DNA of 64,000 bases. Source: Harriotta raleighana (Eukaryota). Below are positions 25,425-38,199 of this stretch, in pieces. Position 1 is the stretch's first letter; every line of letters begins with the position of its first letter. The notes under the pieces are model-generated. The model was given only the letters and a program-made list of their open reading frames with translations, made no database searches and had not been told where the DNA came from. Position numbers and translations under genes: made by a program. The stretch spans positions 2,952,304-3,016,303 of the forward strand of contig JBNZDD010013698.1 of the NCBI GenBank assembly GCA_050575255.1, read 5' to 3'.

Positions 25425-25748
25425 TAATATTGCTTGCAGTTGATATCGCACCTTATCACATTGTTGAAATATCTCAAAGCACTTCACAGAATATGCTGTA
25501 AAGTGAATTCAATCTATGTTTTGTGTGGGTAAAGCACACCAGTCAATTGTGCACAGCAGTACACCAGTCATGGATTTAGGGACCATATTTTTTATTTTGT
25601 TTTTGAGGGATTATTACCCCAGTAAAGCGATCCACTAATCATCTACCAACCAGGTTTCTACTCACTACTAAGAAAACAGAGGCATATGGAATAAGGAAAC
25701 TTGCCTAAGGTTTTGCTCTGTTAGGTGAGTGCACTAACCACACTACAG
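25425..25748 (-). mobile_element. tRNA-SINE, long subfamily
   Basis: Reverse tail, body, extra domain and partial head. Confidence 0.8.
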
Positions 25749-26087
25749 ATATGAACTGTTTGGTGGAGTAAAGCTTTACATGAAAAAGGGTGACATATTC
25801 ACAGGGTACAGAATTAGCAAAACAAAACACACATTTAGTGTTTTCTGCAAAATACAATACTGTATAAGGCGCAGCAAGTTAATCATGAGGATCTCTTTGC
25901 TATATCCACTTTTAAATCATTGTAATACATAATTTCAAATTCAAAATAAACATGCTTTTTGGCAGACAAGCCATCTTCTTTGCATTATCTGTTAGGGTGG
26001 GGGAGCTCAAATACATACATCTGAGATTATTTAATGTTCTATTGTCAGCAATAATCAGAACTTTAAAAATGCAGGTTTCAGGACTGT

Positions 26088-26196
26088 AATAATATAATAA
26101 TAATTCTTGCATTTGATTTAGCGCTTTCCACGTCTTCTAGATGTCTCAAAGCACTTCAAAGAATAAACTGTAAAGTGAATTGACTGTATATTTGTA
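26088..26196 (-). mobile_element. SINE 3' tail fragment
   Basis: TAATAATTCTTGCATTTGATTTAGCGCTTTCCACGTCTTCTAGATGTCTC. Confidence 0.8.
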
Positions 26197-28479
26197 GCCT
26201 TAATAAAGCAAGATCCAGACAATCTAAATGGATGGTCGGTGATAACACATCAAATTTTGTTAGCAACAGGAACTAGAGTGGAGGAGTCAGTCACTTAATA
26301 TAACATTTTATTATTAATTTCAGAATACTGTATTACTTTAAGCACTAGAAATTACATTGCAATGATTTGTGGTATTACTGTTTATTCAGTGTTTAAATTA
26401 GATTATGAATTGTTATCCATTCCAATATAGTGTCTGGTTGATTATAATTTTCCATTTAAAAACTCTGTAAAGCCAGGCAGAATTATGCGGGGAAGGCTTC
26501 AAAGCAACTGGTAATTATTGCAAGAGATGAGGCAACAGAAATTGTACACATGATATGAGGTGTGTATCATCCTTGTCAGTGACATTTCAACCTTCCTTCC
26601 TTGCCGAATGCTCACTAGAAGTTGTCAATAATAGAGATGTAATTTGCCCTATTTAGAAAGAACTGCATCAATTTTAAATTTTCAGGAAGATAAAGGAAGA
26701 TAGTGAAGGGAGGCTGGACACACACACACACACAAAAAAAAAAACTTAAATGAGCACATTTCTGTAATTACAAGTGACAGTATCCCAATGACTTGAAAGA
26801 TTGGGTTGCTCATCATTAGCAAGAAATAAAAAACTGCTTGTTTTTTCCCAGGGAGGTTATCTTAATCTGCTCCAAATTCAAACAAAACTAATTCCAATAC
26901 TTGGACAATTCCAATACTTCAGGTTTATAGTTGTTCAGTGGCTGATGAGAATCAATGATCAGTGCATGGTTGAATAATTCCTAATATTCTGGATCTAAGC
27001 ACTCTGGGACTCTACTCTGCATCAGGGCTGCTTTGCACATGCAAGTTGTTGTTGTTATTATTGACACCTGCAATTCCCCATCAATACTGCACAAAGATAC
27101 ACCATGTTTTCCTGTTTGAAAATGTACCATTTATAATTATGCATCTAGAAACAACATAATACTTGAAACTGCATTATAGAAAAATGATGGCAGGTCACAT
27201 ATTACGTGCCATCGATGACGGAAGTGAATGCACAGGATCACAACTGACTGACAATTAGATTACATCCTCATTGATACAACTCACAGGTTGCCTGCTGCAG
27301 GTTGCAGTGAAAGTGATTTTAAAAAATGTTTTGCAATAGCTAGTTTTTCTACTTGCATTTATACCTGCTGAAAAAACAAGAGCCGTGAACAGAAACGGTA
27401 GAGATGCTTGTGCGATGAACTGCTGAGGAATTTGACTAGCTGCTTGACATTAAAAACCCAGCAAGATGCAATGTACCAGATGTCTGAGTAATGGTACTAA
27501 TGATCTCAATACCACCATCAAAATCTGCAAACTGCCTTGAAGAACTGTGTTGATTTCTGAACCCTGTCACTCTCACTCAAAAAATTTTGTACATTTGACA
27601 ACAGATCTGGAAGTCTGGTCCAAACAACACATAATATGAAAACAAAGAATAAATCGATTTAATTTCTGCTACAGTTTTGAGATTGATGACCCTTCTTGTG
27701 TTTCCCTAAAGAAGTCTACTCGGTGCCTATGTGTACACACACAAGCCAAAAGATAGCTCAGAATACTGTAGTCCAAAGCATTCCTGTTAAAACAATGAAG
27801 ACAAAATCATTTCAAAACTGAACAAAAATGTTAAGAATGTCAACACCCAATATATTATGAACCGTCAATGTATTAATGGGTCACAAACCAGTGGTTAAGT
27901 CGAAATAAAGTCCAGTAAGAAACAACAATCTGGTTCAACTTGGATTTAAAAGAAACCAGTTTCTTTTTATTCAAGTTGAATCAGTCATAGAGGTAAAAAG
28001 ACAATGTACGAAGGTCTTTTGCGACTCAATTCCCTACATGCTCGCCCGTCAAAGCAATTTTATTTTTTTTCTGTTAATTGCTTCAGTTACCACCTATAGA
28101 ATCTTTGAACATTTGGTGACTTCAGTGTGAAACTCCCTACCTCCCTGTTCATTCGAAAATGAATTCAAAATCATTTCATTTTTTAAAATTCCCCAACTTC
28201 AAAACCGTCCTTTAAAAAACCTCTCTTTAACTGGGCTTTAAGTTAACATCATCATAGTTCTATCCCCTCTACCCACCTTGTTCAATGACGCAGTCTCCAC
28301 AAAACACTTCTGAGCGATATCCTATGTAAGAGATACTACAAAAGCTGACACTTGTTGTTGTAATTCACTTAAACACTCGATAACAGCAGTTTAACTGAAG
28401 AAGTTTATTGTGAGGTATGCCACTGAAAAGTATTCACATTTATTGTTAAATTAATCAGTTGCTTTCATAACATCCCGTT

Positions 28480-29528
28480 ATGAAAGGTAACTCCCTGCTC
28501 GCCAGACTTCCTAACTCTTCCCTCCACAAGCTGCAGATTATTCAGAACTCTGCAGCTCATGTCGTCTCTGGAACCAAACTCTAGAAGCCAATCACCCCTG
28601 TCCTTGCTTGGTTTCACTGGCTCCCTTATCCCCCAGAGGAGAATTCAGGATCCTCATCCTGACTTCAAACCTCTCACCGATCTTATTCCCCCCACATGTG
28701 ACCTGGGGCATACCAACCTGCCTAATTCCTCCACTTGGCATGGACTGGCTGACTCCATGTCTCCCACCCCTGCCTATTCCATGATCGGTGGTTGAGCCTT
28801 CAGCCTGTCTGGTGTCTTGATTTTGGTCCCTTGGTTAAGTGTTCTTCACTGCAATTCCAGATGGGGATGTCAGTTAATTGCCCATGTTAGCATGACAGCT
28901 TGATGTTGTCCTCACCGGACATCCACATTCTAACGTTTCTGCATTAATCACCTGGTTGATTTTTCTATTTCCTTTCCCATCTTGGGATCCATAATGTCTA
29001 CTTGTGTTCCTCCACATTTTGCAGATAACCCAGAACTCTGGGGCCCATGTCCTCTACCGCTCCAAGCTTCCCATATCCTTACCCGACTCGATTGGCTCCC
29101 CATTATCCAGAGGATCCAATTCAGGATGTTGGTCCACACATTCAAAGCCCTCCATGGTCTCGCCCCACTATACATTTGCAACCTTCTAACCCCCTACCAA
29201 TCTGCCTCCTCTCAGCAGGCTTCAGCCTGCTCCATGTTCCCCAACCCACCCTCCCACCATTGGCAGACGAGCCTTCAGCCACTCTGCCACCAATCTCTGA
29301 ATTGCAATCCTGCAGTCCCTCCGCCTCACCCCCTCACTGGCCTCCTTCAAGGTCTGCCTCATGACTTTCCTCTTCAACGGTCCCATCGGTCACCCCAAAT
29401 TCCTCCCCTTTCCCTCCAACCTTCCCAAACCCCACTTTGGTTCTGAAAAATTAACTGTCCAGCACCTTGGGATGTCCTCCTGGCCTGAAAGGCACTTTAC
29501 AAGTATAATTTTGTTTGTTGTTGTTGTC
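28480..29528 (+). mobile_element. Two L2 3' fragments (about 28480-28805 and 29020-29528)
   Basis: L2 ORF2 C-terminal motifs (LDWLPIIQRIQFRMLVHTFKALHGLAPLYI) and a (TTG)n tail. Confidence 0.8.
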
Positions 29529-30455
29529 ATACTGGCTATCAGATTGATCCAAATGGCTTAGCATTGCACCATTCAGCATATTTACCCACCAACCCTTCAT
29601 AGACGTGTCAAGCATTTGTAAAAATAAACATACAACAACGACATAGCTATTCTGTTTCAGATGAAAGCACTTTACTTTAACTGTCGAAACGTCTATTAAA
29701 CAAATGATTGTGGGTTTAGTCAAAATAAATCAGCTGCCATTTAGGATTTAGTTTGTGAATATGGTGGATGGGAAAGGAATGAAAAGAGGAAGGACAATAC
29801 AAGTTCCTATTCCACCTAATCTGAGGCATGCTTTGTGTATGTAAGTAAAACAGCAAGCAGACTTCAAGTGGTCCCTGACAAGGTGAGAACTCTGCATTCT
29901 GAGTTTCCTCTCATTACCTACTAATGGGCAATGGCATGGGAGAAGTTATTCACCCATCCTATTAGTTGCAGTGGGTGGAGAAGGGAAACCCAAGAGTTTT
30001 AGAGAAAAAAAATTCCATGTGCTCAGAAAAAATTACAAACAGGTTTTATCTTAAATCCATTGAAAATGCCACAGAACATTTACTTCTGAGAGCTGTAAAC
30101 TTTGGAATGTGCTTACTATATCATTGAAATGATGTACATGAATGACAGTCGTAATATTTAAGTCCCAAGAAAATATATTTCAAGCATTTTTGACTGTGGA
30201 CATCATTGAAACAGAATTTTTCAGAATTGATTTTCAGCCACCGAAAGAACTTCATTTAAAAGTAATCATACTGAAATGACAACATTAGCTATATTCATAG
30301 CATTTCTCCACAATAAGCAAGATGAGTTTCCCACTCCAAACTATGGCTGAATGAATTGCACAATTGTGAACAGTTTTGAAATTGTTAACTCACCTCTACC
30401 AAGAATCAAATTGGGACTGACTAAACCTTGTTCTACCAGGTTGATTTTTTCCTTC

Positions 30456-30765
30456 CAACAACAACAAAATTAAATTTATAGAGCGCCTGCCTTTTACGAC
30501 AGGAGGACATCCCAAGATGCTGAATAGTCGGGAATCAGGACTCGAGCATGGGGGAGGGGAAAGGGGGGGGTGGGATGGGAGAGAGAAAGAGAGTTGGGAG
30601 GGTGACTGAAGGCATGATCGAAGAAGAGGGTCTTGAGGCCGACCTTGAAGAAGGCAAGGAAGGAAGCAAGGCGAAAGGACTGGGGGATGGAGTTCCAGAA
30701 TGTGGGGGCAAAGAGGCTGAAAGCCCGTCCACCGATAGTACAGTGGGTCTGGTGGGAGACATGAA
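30456..30765 (-). mobile_element. L2 3' end
   Basis: (CAA)n tail; minus ORF IGGRAFSLFAPTFWNSIPQSFRLASFLAFFKVGLKTLFF. Confidence 0.85.
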
Positions 30766-30777
30766 GCAACTTTACTC

Positions 30778-31199
30778 CAGTAAAATTCCTTTAATCCGGC
30801 ATTTGTTAATCCGGAATGCTTTTTAATCCGGCATCTGCGACGGTCCGGCATTTTCCAATATGAGCATCTCCATGCGTATCTCTTCCCATAGGAGTGTTTA
30901 AGCCTTCACACTACTCGGTGCATTTTCCTAGAGGGTCCATCACTGATGTCAATAAGTGCGCATGCACGCTTTAATTTATTTTAAATTAACTTTTGGCGGG
31001 TGCAATGCCTCTTTAGGTGGTCTGCCTGCTCACCGAGATGGGGAGAGCTCTGGCTTTCGCTATACAGGTATGTAACATAGATAAGAGCACAGCACACTCA
31101 AATCCTCCCATCCCTAAGAGTAACATCCAATAATCCGTCAGATTTGCTAATCCGGCACCGCCTCAGTCTGGCTTGTGCTAGATTATCAGAATTTTACTG
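30778..31199. mobile_element. pogo/Tigger-type MITE
   Basis: TIRs CAGTAAAATTCCTTTAATCCGGCA / TGCTAGATTATCAGAATTTTACTG followed by TA; subterminal TAATCCGG repeats; left flank TC rather than TA. Confidence 0.75.
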
Positions 31200-31426
31200 T
31201 ATTAACAAAATAGATTAAAAATAAACAATTATCAATAGTCAAAACTGCAATTTGTATTCATCATGGGACAATTGGCAGACCAGTGGCAGATGAAATTCAA
31301 TGTGGAAAAATATAAAGTACTTCATATGGGGAGGAAAATATTCCAGGAATGGACTCCTACTGAATGGAAGAAAAACAAATGCATGGAAAATAAAAAAGAC
31401 CTGTGGGGCATCCTGATTTGACAATA

Positions 31427-32046
31427 CAGGCAGTCCTCTAATTACGACGTTCCGAGGTATGACAATTCAAAGTTACGACGCTTAATATCAGTAAAATTAC
31501 GTCCGAGTTACATCCAAAGTCTCGAAGTTACGACACTACCACGTAAATACTTTAGTTGCCCCACGCACGATAGAAAACTGGAGTTGCTGCTCTCAACACT
31601 TACGGGACCACGTTACGCGTTCAGGACAGAAACAGGATGGAGGCGAGACGCGAGTGTGTACTGTACAGGTACTGTGTGAGTCTGTGAGCTCGGCGGTACA
31701 GTACTCTCCAGCCTTTAGACGGTGCGCTACGTCGCGTGATCTCCTGTGTTGCGCTACGTCGCGTGTGATCTCCTGTGTTGCGCTACGTCGCGTGTGATCT
31801 CCTGTGTTGCGCTACGTCGCGTGCCAGACTCACAATGAAGCCATGTAAGTATAGTAATATTTTATTTTATTTACAGTACTGTACATATTAGATGGGGTGC
31901 AGGGGAGAGAGGGCAGCCCACTATACACTACAACCAATCACTGTATGTTACTGTAAGCATTATAGGGGGGTGACTCGACTTACATACAAATTCGACTTAC
32001 AGCACATCTTAGGAACCTAACCCTGACGTAACTTGAGGACTGCCTG
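31427..32046. mobile_element. Tigger/pogo-type MITE with internal 29-bp tandem repeat
   Basis: TA duplication; TIRs CAGGCAGTCCTCTAATTACG / CGTAACTTGAGGACTGCCTG; subterminal TTACGAC repeats. Confidence 0.9.
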
Positions 32047-32339
32047 TAAACTGAAGTTCTCACAACAATGCTCTGTGGCAGTGAGTAAAACAAACCAGAT
32101 GTTGGAATGTATCAAAAGATGAATAGCAAGCTGAAATGTTGGGGTAATCTTACCACTGTATAAATCATTGATAATACCATACTTAAGAGGAATGTGTACA
32201 GTACAAAAAGGACATGGGAGAAATCAAGAGGATTCAAATGAGAGCAACCAGAATGATTGAGGGAATGGAGGGACTGGACTATGAGAAGCAATTAAGTAAA
32301 TTGGACATGTTCATGCTGGAAAAAAGAAGATTGAGAAGG

Positions 32340-33520
32340 AACAACAAAATTACACTTGTAAAGTGCCTTTCAAGTCTGGAGGACATCACAAGGCGCTGGA
32401 CAGTCATTGTTTCAAACCCGAGCTGGGGACAGGGAGAGTGGAGGGAAAGGGAGGGATTTGGAGTGGCTAATGGAGCCGTTGAAGAGGAGGGAGTTGAGGT
32501 GGGACTTAAAGGAGGCCAGGGAGGGGCAAAGTGGAGGCACTGCATGATGGAGTTCCAGAGGTTGGGGGCAGAGTGGCTAAAGGATCGCCCGCCAATAGTG
32601 AGGTGGGTGGGTCGGGGGACATGGAGCAAGCCGGAGCGTGCTGAGTGGAGTGAATGGGAGGGTTGGTAGGTGCCATGAAAGGCTTTCAATGTGAGGACCA
32701 TGATCTTGAATTGGATCCTTTGGAAGATGGGGAGCCAAGGAAGTCATGCAAGGATGGGAGAGATGGGGTCATGAGGCTTGAAGCGATGGAGGACGCGGGC
32801 CACAGAACTTTGGATTATCTGCAACCTGTGGTGGGAGTAATTGGGAAGGCCGACAAGCAGGGCATTTGTATAGTCAAGCCAGGATGTAATGAAGGCATGA
32901 ATAAGGGTTTCAGCAGCCTAGGGGTTAAGGTCATGGCGGAGTCTGGCAATATAGAGGAGGTGAGGGAAGGCAGAGTGGGTCATGCCTTGATGTGGGGAAG
33001 GAAAGACAATAGAGGATCAAACAAAACACCTAGATTCCTGACTGGCTTGGTGAGGTTGAGTGAGCAACCATGAAAATTGATGCTGCACCAGATGAATGAA
33101 GGCGCTGACGAGAGCCAATCAGGAGGACCTTGTTGACATTCAACTATAGATAGTTTGCTCTCATCCAGGACTTGATGTCTGACAAGCATATTATCAGGAC
33201 AGTAGTAGACCTGGAGTTGAGGGTAGAGGCAGAGAGATAGAGTTGGGTGTCATCTGCATACATGTGGCAGTTGACCTCATGTCTGCAGATGATGTCACCA
33301 TGGGGGAGCATATAGATGTTAAAAGTAACAGAACAAGGACAGAGCTCTGGGGATGCCATAGGTGCAGTGCGGAGGCTGGAAGATAAGCCATTGGTAGCGA
33401 CTAAGTGGAGATGATGCAAAAGTTAAGAGTCGAACCAGGTGAGGACAGATCCTTTGAGATTGAGCAGGGATAGAGGCGGTGTAGGAGGTTGGAGTGGTCG
33501 ACAGTGTCAAAGGCAGCGAT
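32340..33520 (-). mobile_element. L2 LINE, 5'-truncated, with RT domain
   Basis: Minus frames FNIYMLPHGDIICRHEVNCHMYADDTQLYLS, VRNLGVLFD, IGGRSFSHSAPNLWNS; (CAA)n tail at 32340. Confidence 0.9.
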
Positions 33521-34614
33521 AGGATTATTGCCTTTAAGATTCTAAAGAGGCAATGAAGATCATGAATGGCTGTTTCAACTAGTCTAGAATAGTAAAACCA
33601 GAGGACACGGCCTGTGATTGATGGAGGTTAAATTCAGAATGAATCTACGGAAACGTTATTTCAGTGAGTGAATAGAGAACCTGAAGACAGTTGAAGCAGG
33701 AAGTGTTCATTCATACAGTTTAGTTTTATTTTAGGAAATAGCATTATGGGTCATGGTACATAGGTAGTTTAGGACACATGTGCAAGCGACCACCAGGAAG
33801 ATGGAAGGCGAACTAGATGGACCTTAGTCTTTTTGTCCTATATCATTTCTTATGTTCTTATCATCAAGTTTGCAAGTTAAAAGCATCCCTTTTAAATTTA
33901 ATGCTTCCTCTCACGTGCCAATTTCATAAACCAATTTACAAATTGCAATCATTGTTTATAGTCATATTGGTTTAATTGCTATATCATCAGCAAATGTAAG
34001 TCTATGTGTCTTCAAATACAAAACAAGTCAAAGCAAATCATGTTGGCTGCCAAGTAGATTTAGGTGCAATTATAGTATTTACAAAAAAATAAAAATATCA
34101 ATTCAAACAATCGCTAAGGATTACAGGTTCTTTTGTGTAGGAGTTAAAAGAGGATTAATCTTTCCCAAGCAAGAACAGCAGCTCTACGTTTCTGTCAGTT
34201 TTACACAGATGGGATTTGAATGATCAAACATTTGTTGATCCAGAATCCTGGACATGTTAAATCAGTGGTGCTCCATAATTACATGTAGTAAAGACCATAT
34301 AAACTGTCTTTTAAAAGTAAAGATGAAATATTATCCATGTCAGCAGTGATTTAAGACTGTAGTTCTTATGATGCTGAATAGAATTAAGTTTTTTAATCCT
34401 AATTCCTACCTTTGTGGTTGGTTGTAAAATAAACAAAGAATGAAAATCAGCAGAATACAAAGTAAATGATATTGATGTCCCTTTTCCTTAATAGGTCATT
34501 TAATTAGAAATTGAAAGAATCTGGTGAGTCCACATTTGCAAGTGCCATATTCACAGACTTATTATATTTGGTTGTTCACTTCATGGCTGTTTGTAGGACA
34601 TTGCTGCACATAAT

Positions 34615-34660
34615 TTGTCTGTCGTGTTCACTCACAAAACAGTGTGAACACGACAGACAA
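34615..34660. repeat. Perfect 17-bp inverted repeat inside an old SINE
   Basis: TTGTCTGTCGTGTTCAC (34615-34631) and GTGAACACGACAGACAA (34644-34660), 12-nt loop. Confidence 0.9.
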
Positions 34661-35304
34661 TACCAGTGAACTACACACTACGTACTTCCTGTGAATCATC
34701 CTCCTGATGTGAAAGTAGCCATAATCAAATGCAAGGATTATTATAAACTGGATTTAAATTGTTTTCAACTTCTGGTTTACGAGGATCATATTGTGAGATT
34801 TGCATATTTCAAATCACTAATCATAAGTTAGCCACATTTGGTGAACCAAACTGGAAGCTACAATTAACTTGAATGTAGTTTGCAAATATTGGTACAATAT
34901 TGTATTTTACATCACATTTTGCAGGTTTCAGGCAGTCTTACTTGCACAATACACCAAAGCAGCAGAGAATTCAGAGAATTGTCTTTTCTATGCGGTTTAT
35001 ACTGTTCCTCTTCAAGTATTTATCAAAATCCAATTTTAAATATTGCTCATGCCCAAGAGCAATTTATAAAATCATACGTTTTTACAGCAGAGAAAGACAC
35101 ACTGGTATACTATCTTCTCCGATGATTGAACCACCAACCCTGGATTCAAAAATCTTGGGATCAAATCCCACCAAATGATAAGGGCTGGAAGAGAAACCAA
35201 ACTTACAGATATATTAAGACCATAAAATAACTACAGCCTTTCCATCTCCGGTGACTGGAGCACAAACCAGTGTCGAATAGAGGGTCAAGGCCTTGAGAAA
35301 AGGG

Positions 35305-35960
35305 TGCTGGCCTGGCTCAATTGATAGCACTCTTGCCTCTGTCAGAAAGTTGTGGGTTCAATAATAATAATCCTTGCATTTGATATTGCACTTTTCACAT
35401 CTAGATGTCTCAAAGCGCTTCATGGAATATACTGTTAAATGAATTGACTGTATATTTGTGTGTAGTATCCCACAAACAGTGTGGATTGAAGTGACAATTT
35501 TTTTTCTTCAGCGATTATTATCAGGCATGTGGAGTAAGGAAACTTGCCCAAGGTTTTGCGCTGAAGGTCTCTCACTTGTAAGGCGAATGCTCTAACCACT
35601 GAGCTACACAACTCCCCAAAAATCCCACTTCAGGATTTTCAACTCATATAATCTAGGATGACTTTCCAATGCAATGCTAGGGGAGCACAGTTAGAGAAGA
35701 GACATTAATCTGTGATTCTGTCTGCTTGTTCCAAGTGCACTTTGAAGATCCCCTGGCACTATTTAAAAAATTGAGTTTTTCCCAATATCCTCGCCAACAA
35801 TCCCCAAATCACATTGGGCACTCACTTCATGTGTGAGATACTGCTGTGTGCAATTTGGCTGCTGTGTTGGTTTATAACTCAAGTCTATGCACTTCACTGT
35901 AAATCCTGTGAATCGCTCCAACAGGTCCTCCTGACTTGAAAGGTGATATATTAAATGCAA
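35305..35960 (+). mobile_element. Old Deu-domain SINE interrupted by a younger minus-strand SINE (35361-35613)
   Basis: Head GGCTCAATTGATAGCACTCTTGCCTCTGTCAGAAAGTTGTGGGTTCAA resumes as ATCCCACTTCAGG after the insert; Deu-like AAGATCCCCTGGCACTATTT. Confidence 0.7.
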
Positions 35961-35963
35961 CTA

Positions 35964-36414
35964 TAGTAAAACCCGGTTTATCCATGACTCTAAGAACCGG
36001 AAAACCCATTGAACTGGAACCTCAAAAATAAAGTCCGGATTCGATAAACCGGAAGTTATCCGGCAGAATAGTGATGATGCATTTAATGAATCGATTGTTG
36101 CACGCGAGTACTGGTGCAGGTATTTCAGCTGGCTGCTAGTCGAGTCTAAACTCGCTCTTGCTCCTTTTAAAAGTCGCGTTTTTTTTTTTACCTCCGTCGG
36201 GTGAGGGCTGCCATTGCAAAGTTAAGTATAAATAATAAAGTTCTAATACAATATTATGTTATTATTTAGTCTATTATTAATATGGTATGTGTTAAAATAA
36301 TTTTTAACACATACCATATGGAAAAAATTGTTTTTTAAAAAAACATTCACCCGGAAAACCATTTAATCGCCACTGGCCAGGTCCTGTGGGTGCCAGATAA
36401 ACGGGGTTTTACTG
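35964..36414. mobile_element. pogo/Tigger-type MITE (family A, reverse orientation)
   Basis: TA flanks; TAGTAAAACCCGGTTTATCC / AGATAAACGGGGTTTTACTG. Confidence 0.88.
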
Positions 36415-36676
36415 TATTACTATTTATGCCTGACCCACCCAGTATTCTCAATGCATAGACCTGTGTAAAGATTTAATTTCAAACAAGGCTCTTTTCCCAC
36501 TTATTTTTCTAAAGGAGCTAAATCACTAAGAAATTTACAGTGGAGTGACGGGGAATAAACCCTATTACTGCTTTTCATGGTTATTGCCACTCTATGTATA
36601 AAGTAGCATAATGTATTTTTCATGTCACTCGGTAAAACGATTCCACAATCAAGGGATCTAATAAGAACAACATGAA

Positions 36677-36977
36677 TTATAATAATACCCCTCACATCTA
36701 ATATATTGCCTTATCACGTTTTCGTGACTTCTCAAAGAACTTCACAGAATAAACTGTAAGGTGAATTGACTGCATATTTTGTGGTCAAAATGCAGCAGCC
36801 AATTGCACATAGCAATGTACCACAAGCAATCATAGATTTAGTGACTAAATTATTATTATTATTATTGTTATGAAGGGATTATTACCCCAGGAAAAGCGAT
36901 CCACCATTCAACTAACAACTGGTTTCCTACTAACTGCTAGGTAAACAAGAGGCGTGCGGAGTAAGGAAACTTGCCAA
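36677..36977 (-). mobile_element. tRNA-SINE long subfamily, head truncated
   Basis: Reverse tail, body and extra domain up to GGAAACTTGCC. Confidence 0.8.
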
Positions 36978-37427
36978 ATGAATGAACAAATGCAGAATTT
37001 ATTCTACCCATTACTCACAGCTGTAGGTGTATTGAGGGCCTAATTTTCTTTAAACCAGGAAACAATCTGATTTGATAAGAGATTCGTAATTATGCTAATT
37101 TTCATGCAAACACTGTAGTTTGTGTTACAGGTCACATTGTGTAGGCACTGCTGCTGATGAAAACAAGATCTGTAGATATTTCCAGCTTGGATTTGTGTGG
37201 AAACTTAAAACAGCTTGCCTACAAAGGGTCAACACTCTATTTGAAAACAAGCCCCTTTTCAAAATAGTCTGCATATTATCTCTCACCTCATCCCTTTCGG
37301 AACAGAATCTAATACTCAAAGCAGAGAAAGTATATTTCAAAAAATGTAGCAAATCCCTCTTTTCCTTTCTGTCTGCTTTCCTTCTCAGGAAAGCTTCAAA
37401 ATAAGATGCACCCTGTAACTCCTGTAG

Positions 37428-37727
37428 ACTCCTGTAGCTCAGTGGTTAGAGCACTCGTCTTACAAGTGTGAGACCTGCGTTCAATTCCAAGCAGGGCAAA
37501 ACATTAGACAAGTTTCCTTACTCCATACATCTAATAACAATCCCTCCCCCCAAAAAAGGTCATACAGTCAATTCAATCCATGCCTATTTGTGGGACACTG
37601 CTGTGCGCGATTGGCTGCCACGTTTCACCCACCAATATAGTCAAATCACTTTACAGTATATTCTGTGAAGCACTTTGAAATGTCTAGAAGACGTGAAAAG
37701 TGTTATATCAAATGCAAGGATTATTAT
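37428..37727 (+). mobile_element. Full-length tRNA-SINE, short subfamily
   Basis: CTCCTGTAGCTCAGTGGTTAGAGCAC...GCGTTCAATTCC head, body, and tail GACGTGAAAAGTGTTATATCAAATGCAAGGATTATTATT. Confidence 0.9.
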
Positions 37728-38199
37728 TCTCCTCTCAACAATAATTCACATCTGGAGTGGTAATAAAAGTGGAAAATGAAGTTACTGTAAATAATCATAA
37801 AAGATGCTTTCAATGTGTTTACCCTCACAATACTCACACAGAATTCACACACCATCACCATGACTGGCAGTGGTTTTATAATCTGACTACCACAATCTAG
37901 GAAATCTAGGACATTCACATGAATGATCAAGTGTTAGAAAATCATCCTATCCATATTTTCCATCATGTAGGAACGAGGGCCTGTTGCTATCAAAACTGGG
38001 AATAGGACAGGAACAATCCTAAGAGTTTTTAATAAGTAAGATGTGAATGCTTTCTAGTTGGAAAGATTACGTCTTGCACATTATTGATGAGGAAATCAAA
38101 CGACCTTCTGTAGATAGGAGGCATCACAGCTTGTTTTAAGGTTACTTTAAACAAGTGTTCTGGGATCATACCCCACGTGAAGGGTAGAATAAATGCAGG

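Larger units (their letters stand above)
31255..33860 (+). mobile_element. CR1 3' portion split by a Tigger MITE and an L2 (pieces about 31255-31426, 32047-32340, 33520-33860)
   Basis: CR1 motifs WQMKFNVEKYKV, DNKLKFSQQC across the MITE junction, RATRMIEGMEGLDYEKQL...LEKRRLR; tail TTTCTTATGTTCTTA. Confidence 0.8.

Noticed and set aside
37428-37500. tRNA genes at SINE heads
   Set aside because: A and B boxes are present but each continues into a SINE body and tail, and the acceptor stem is not intact
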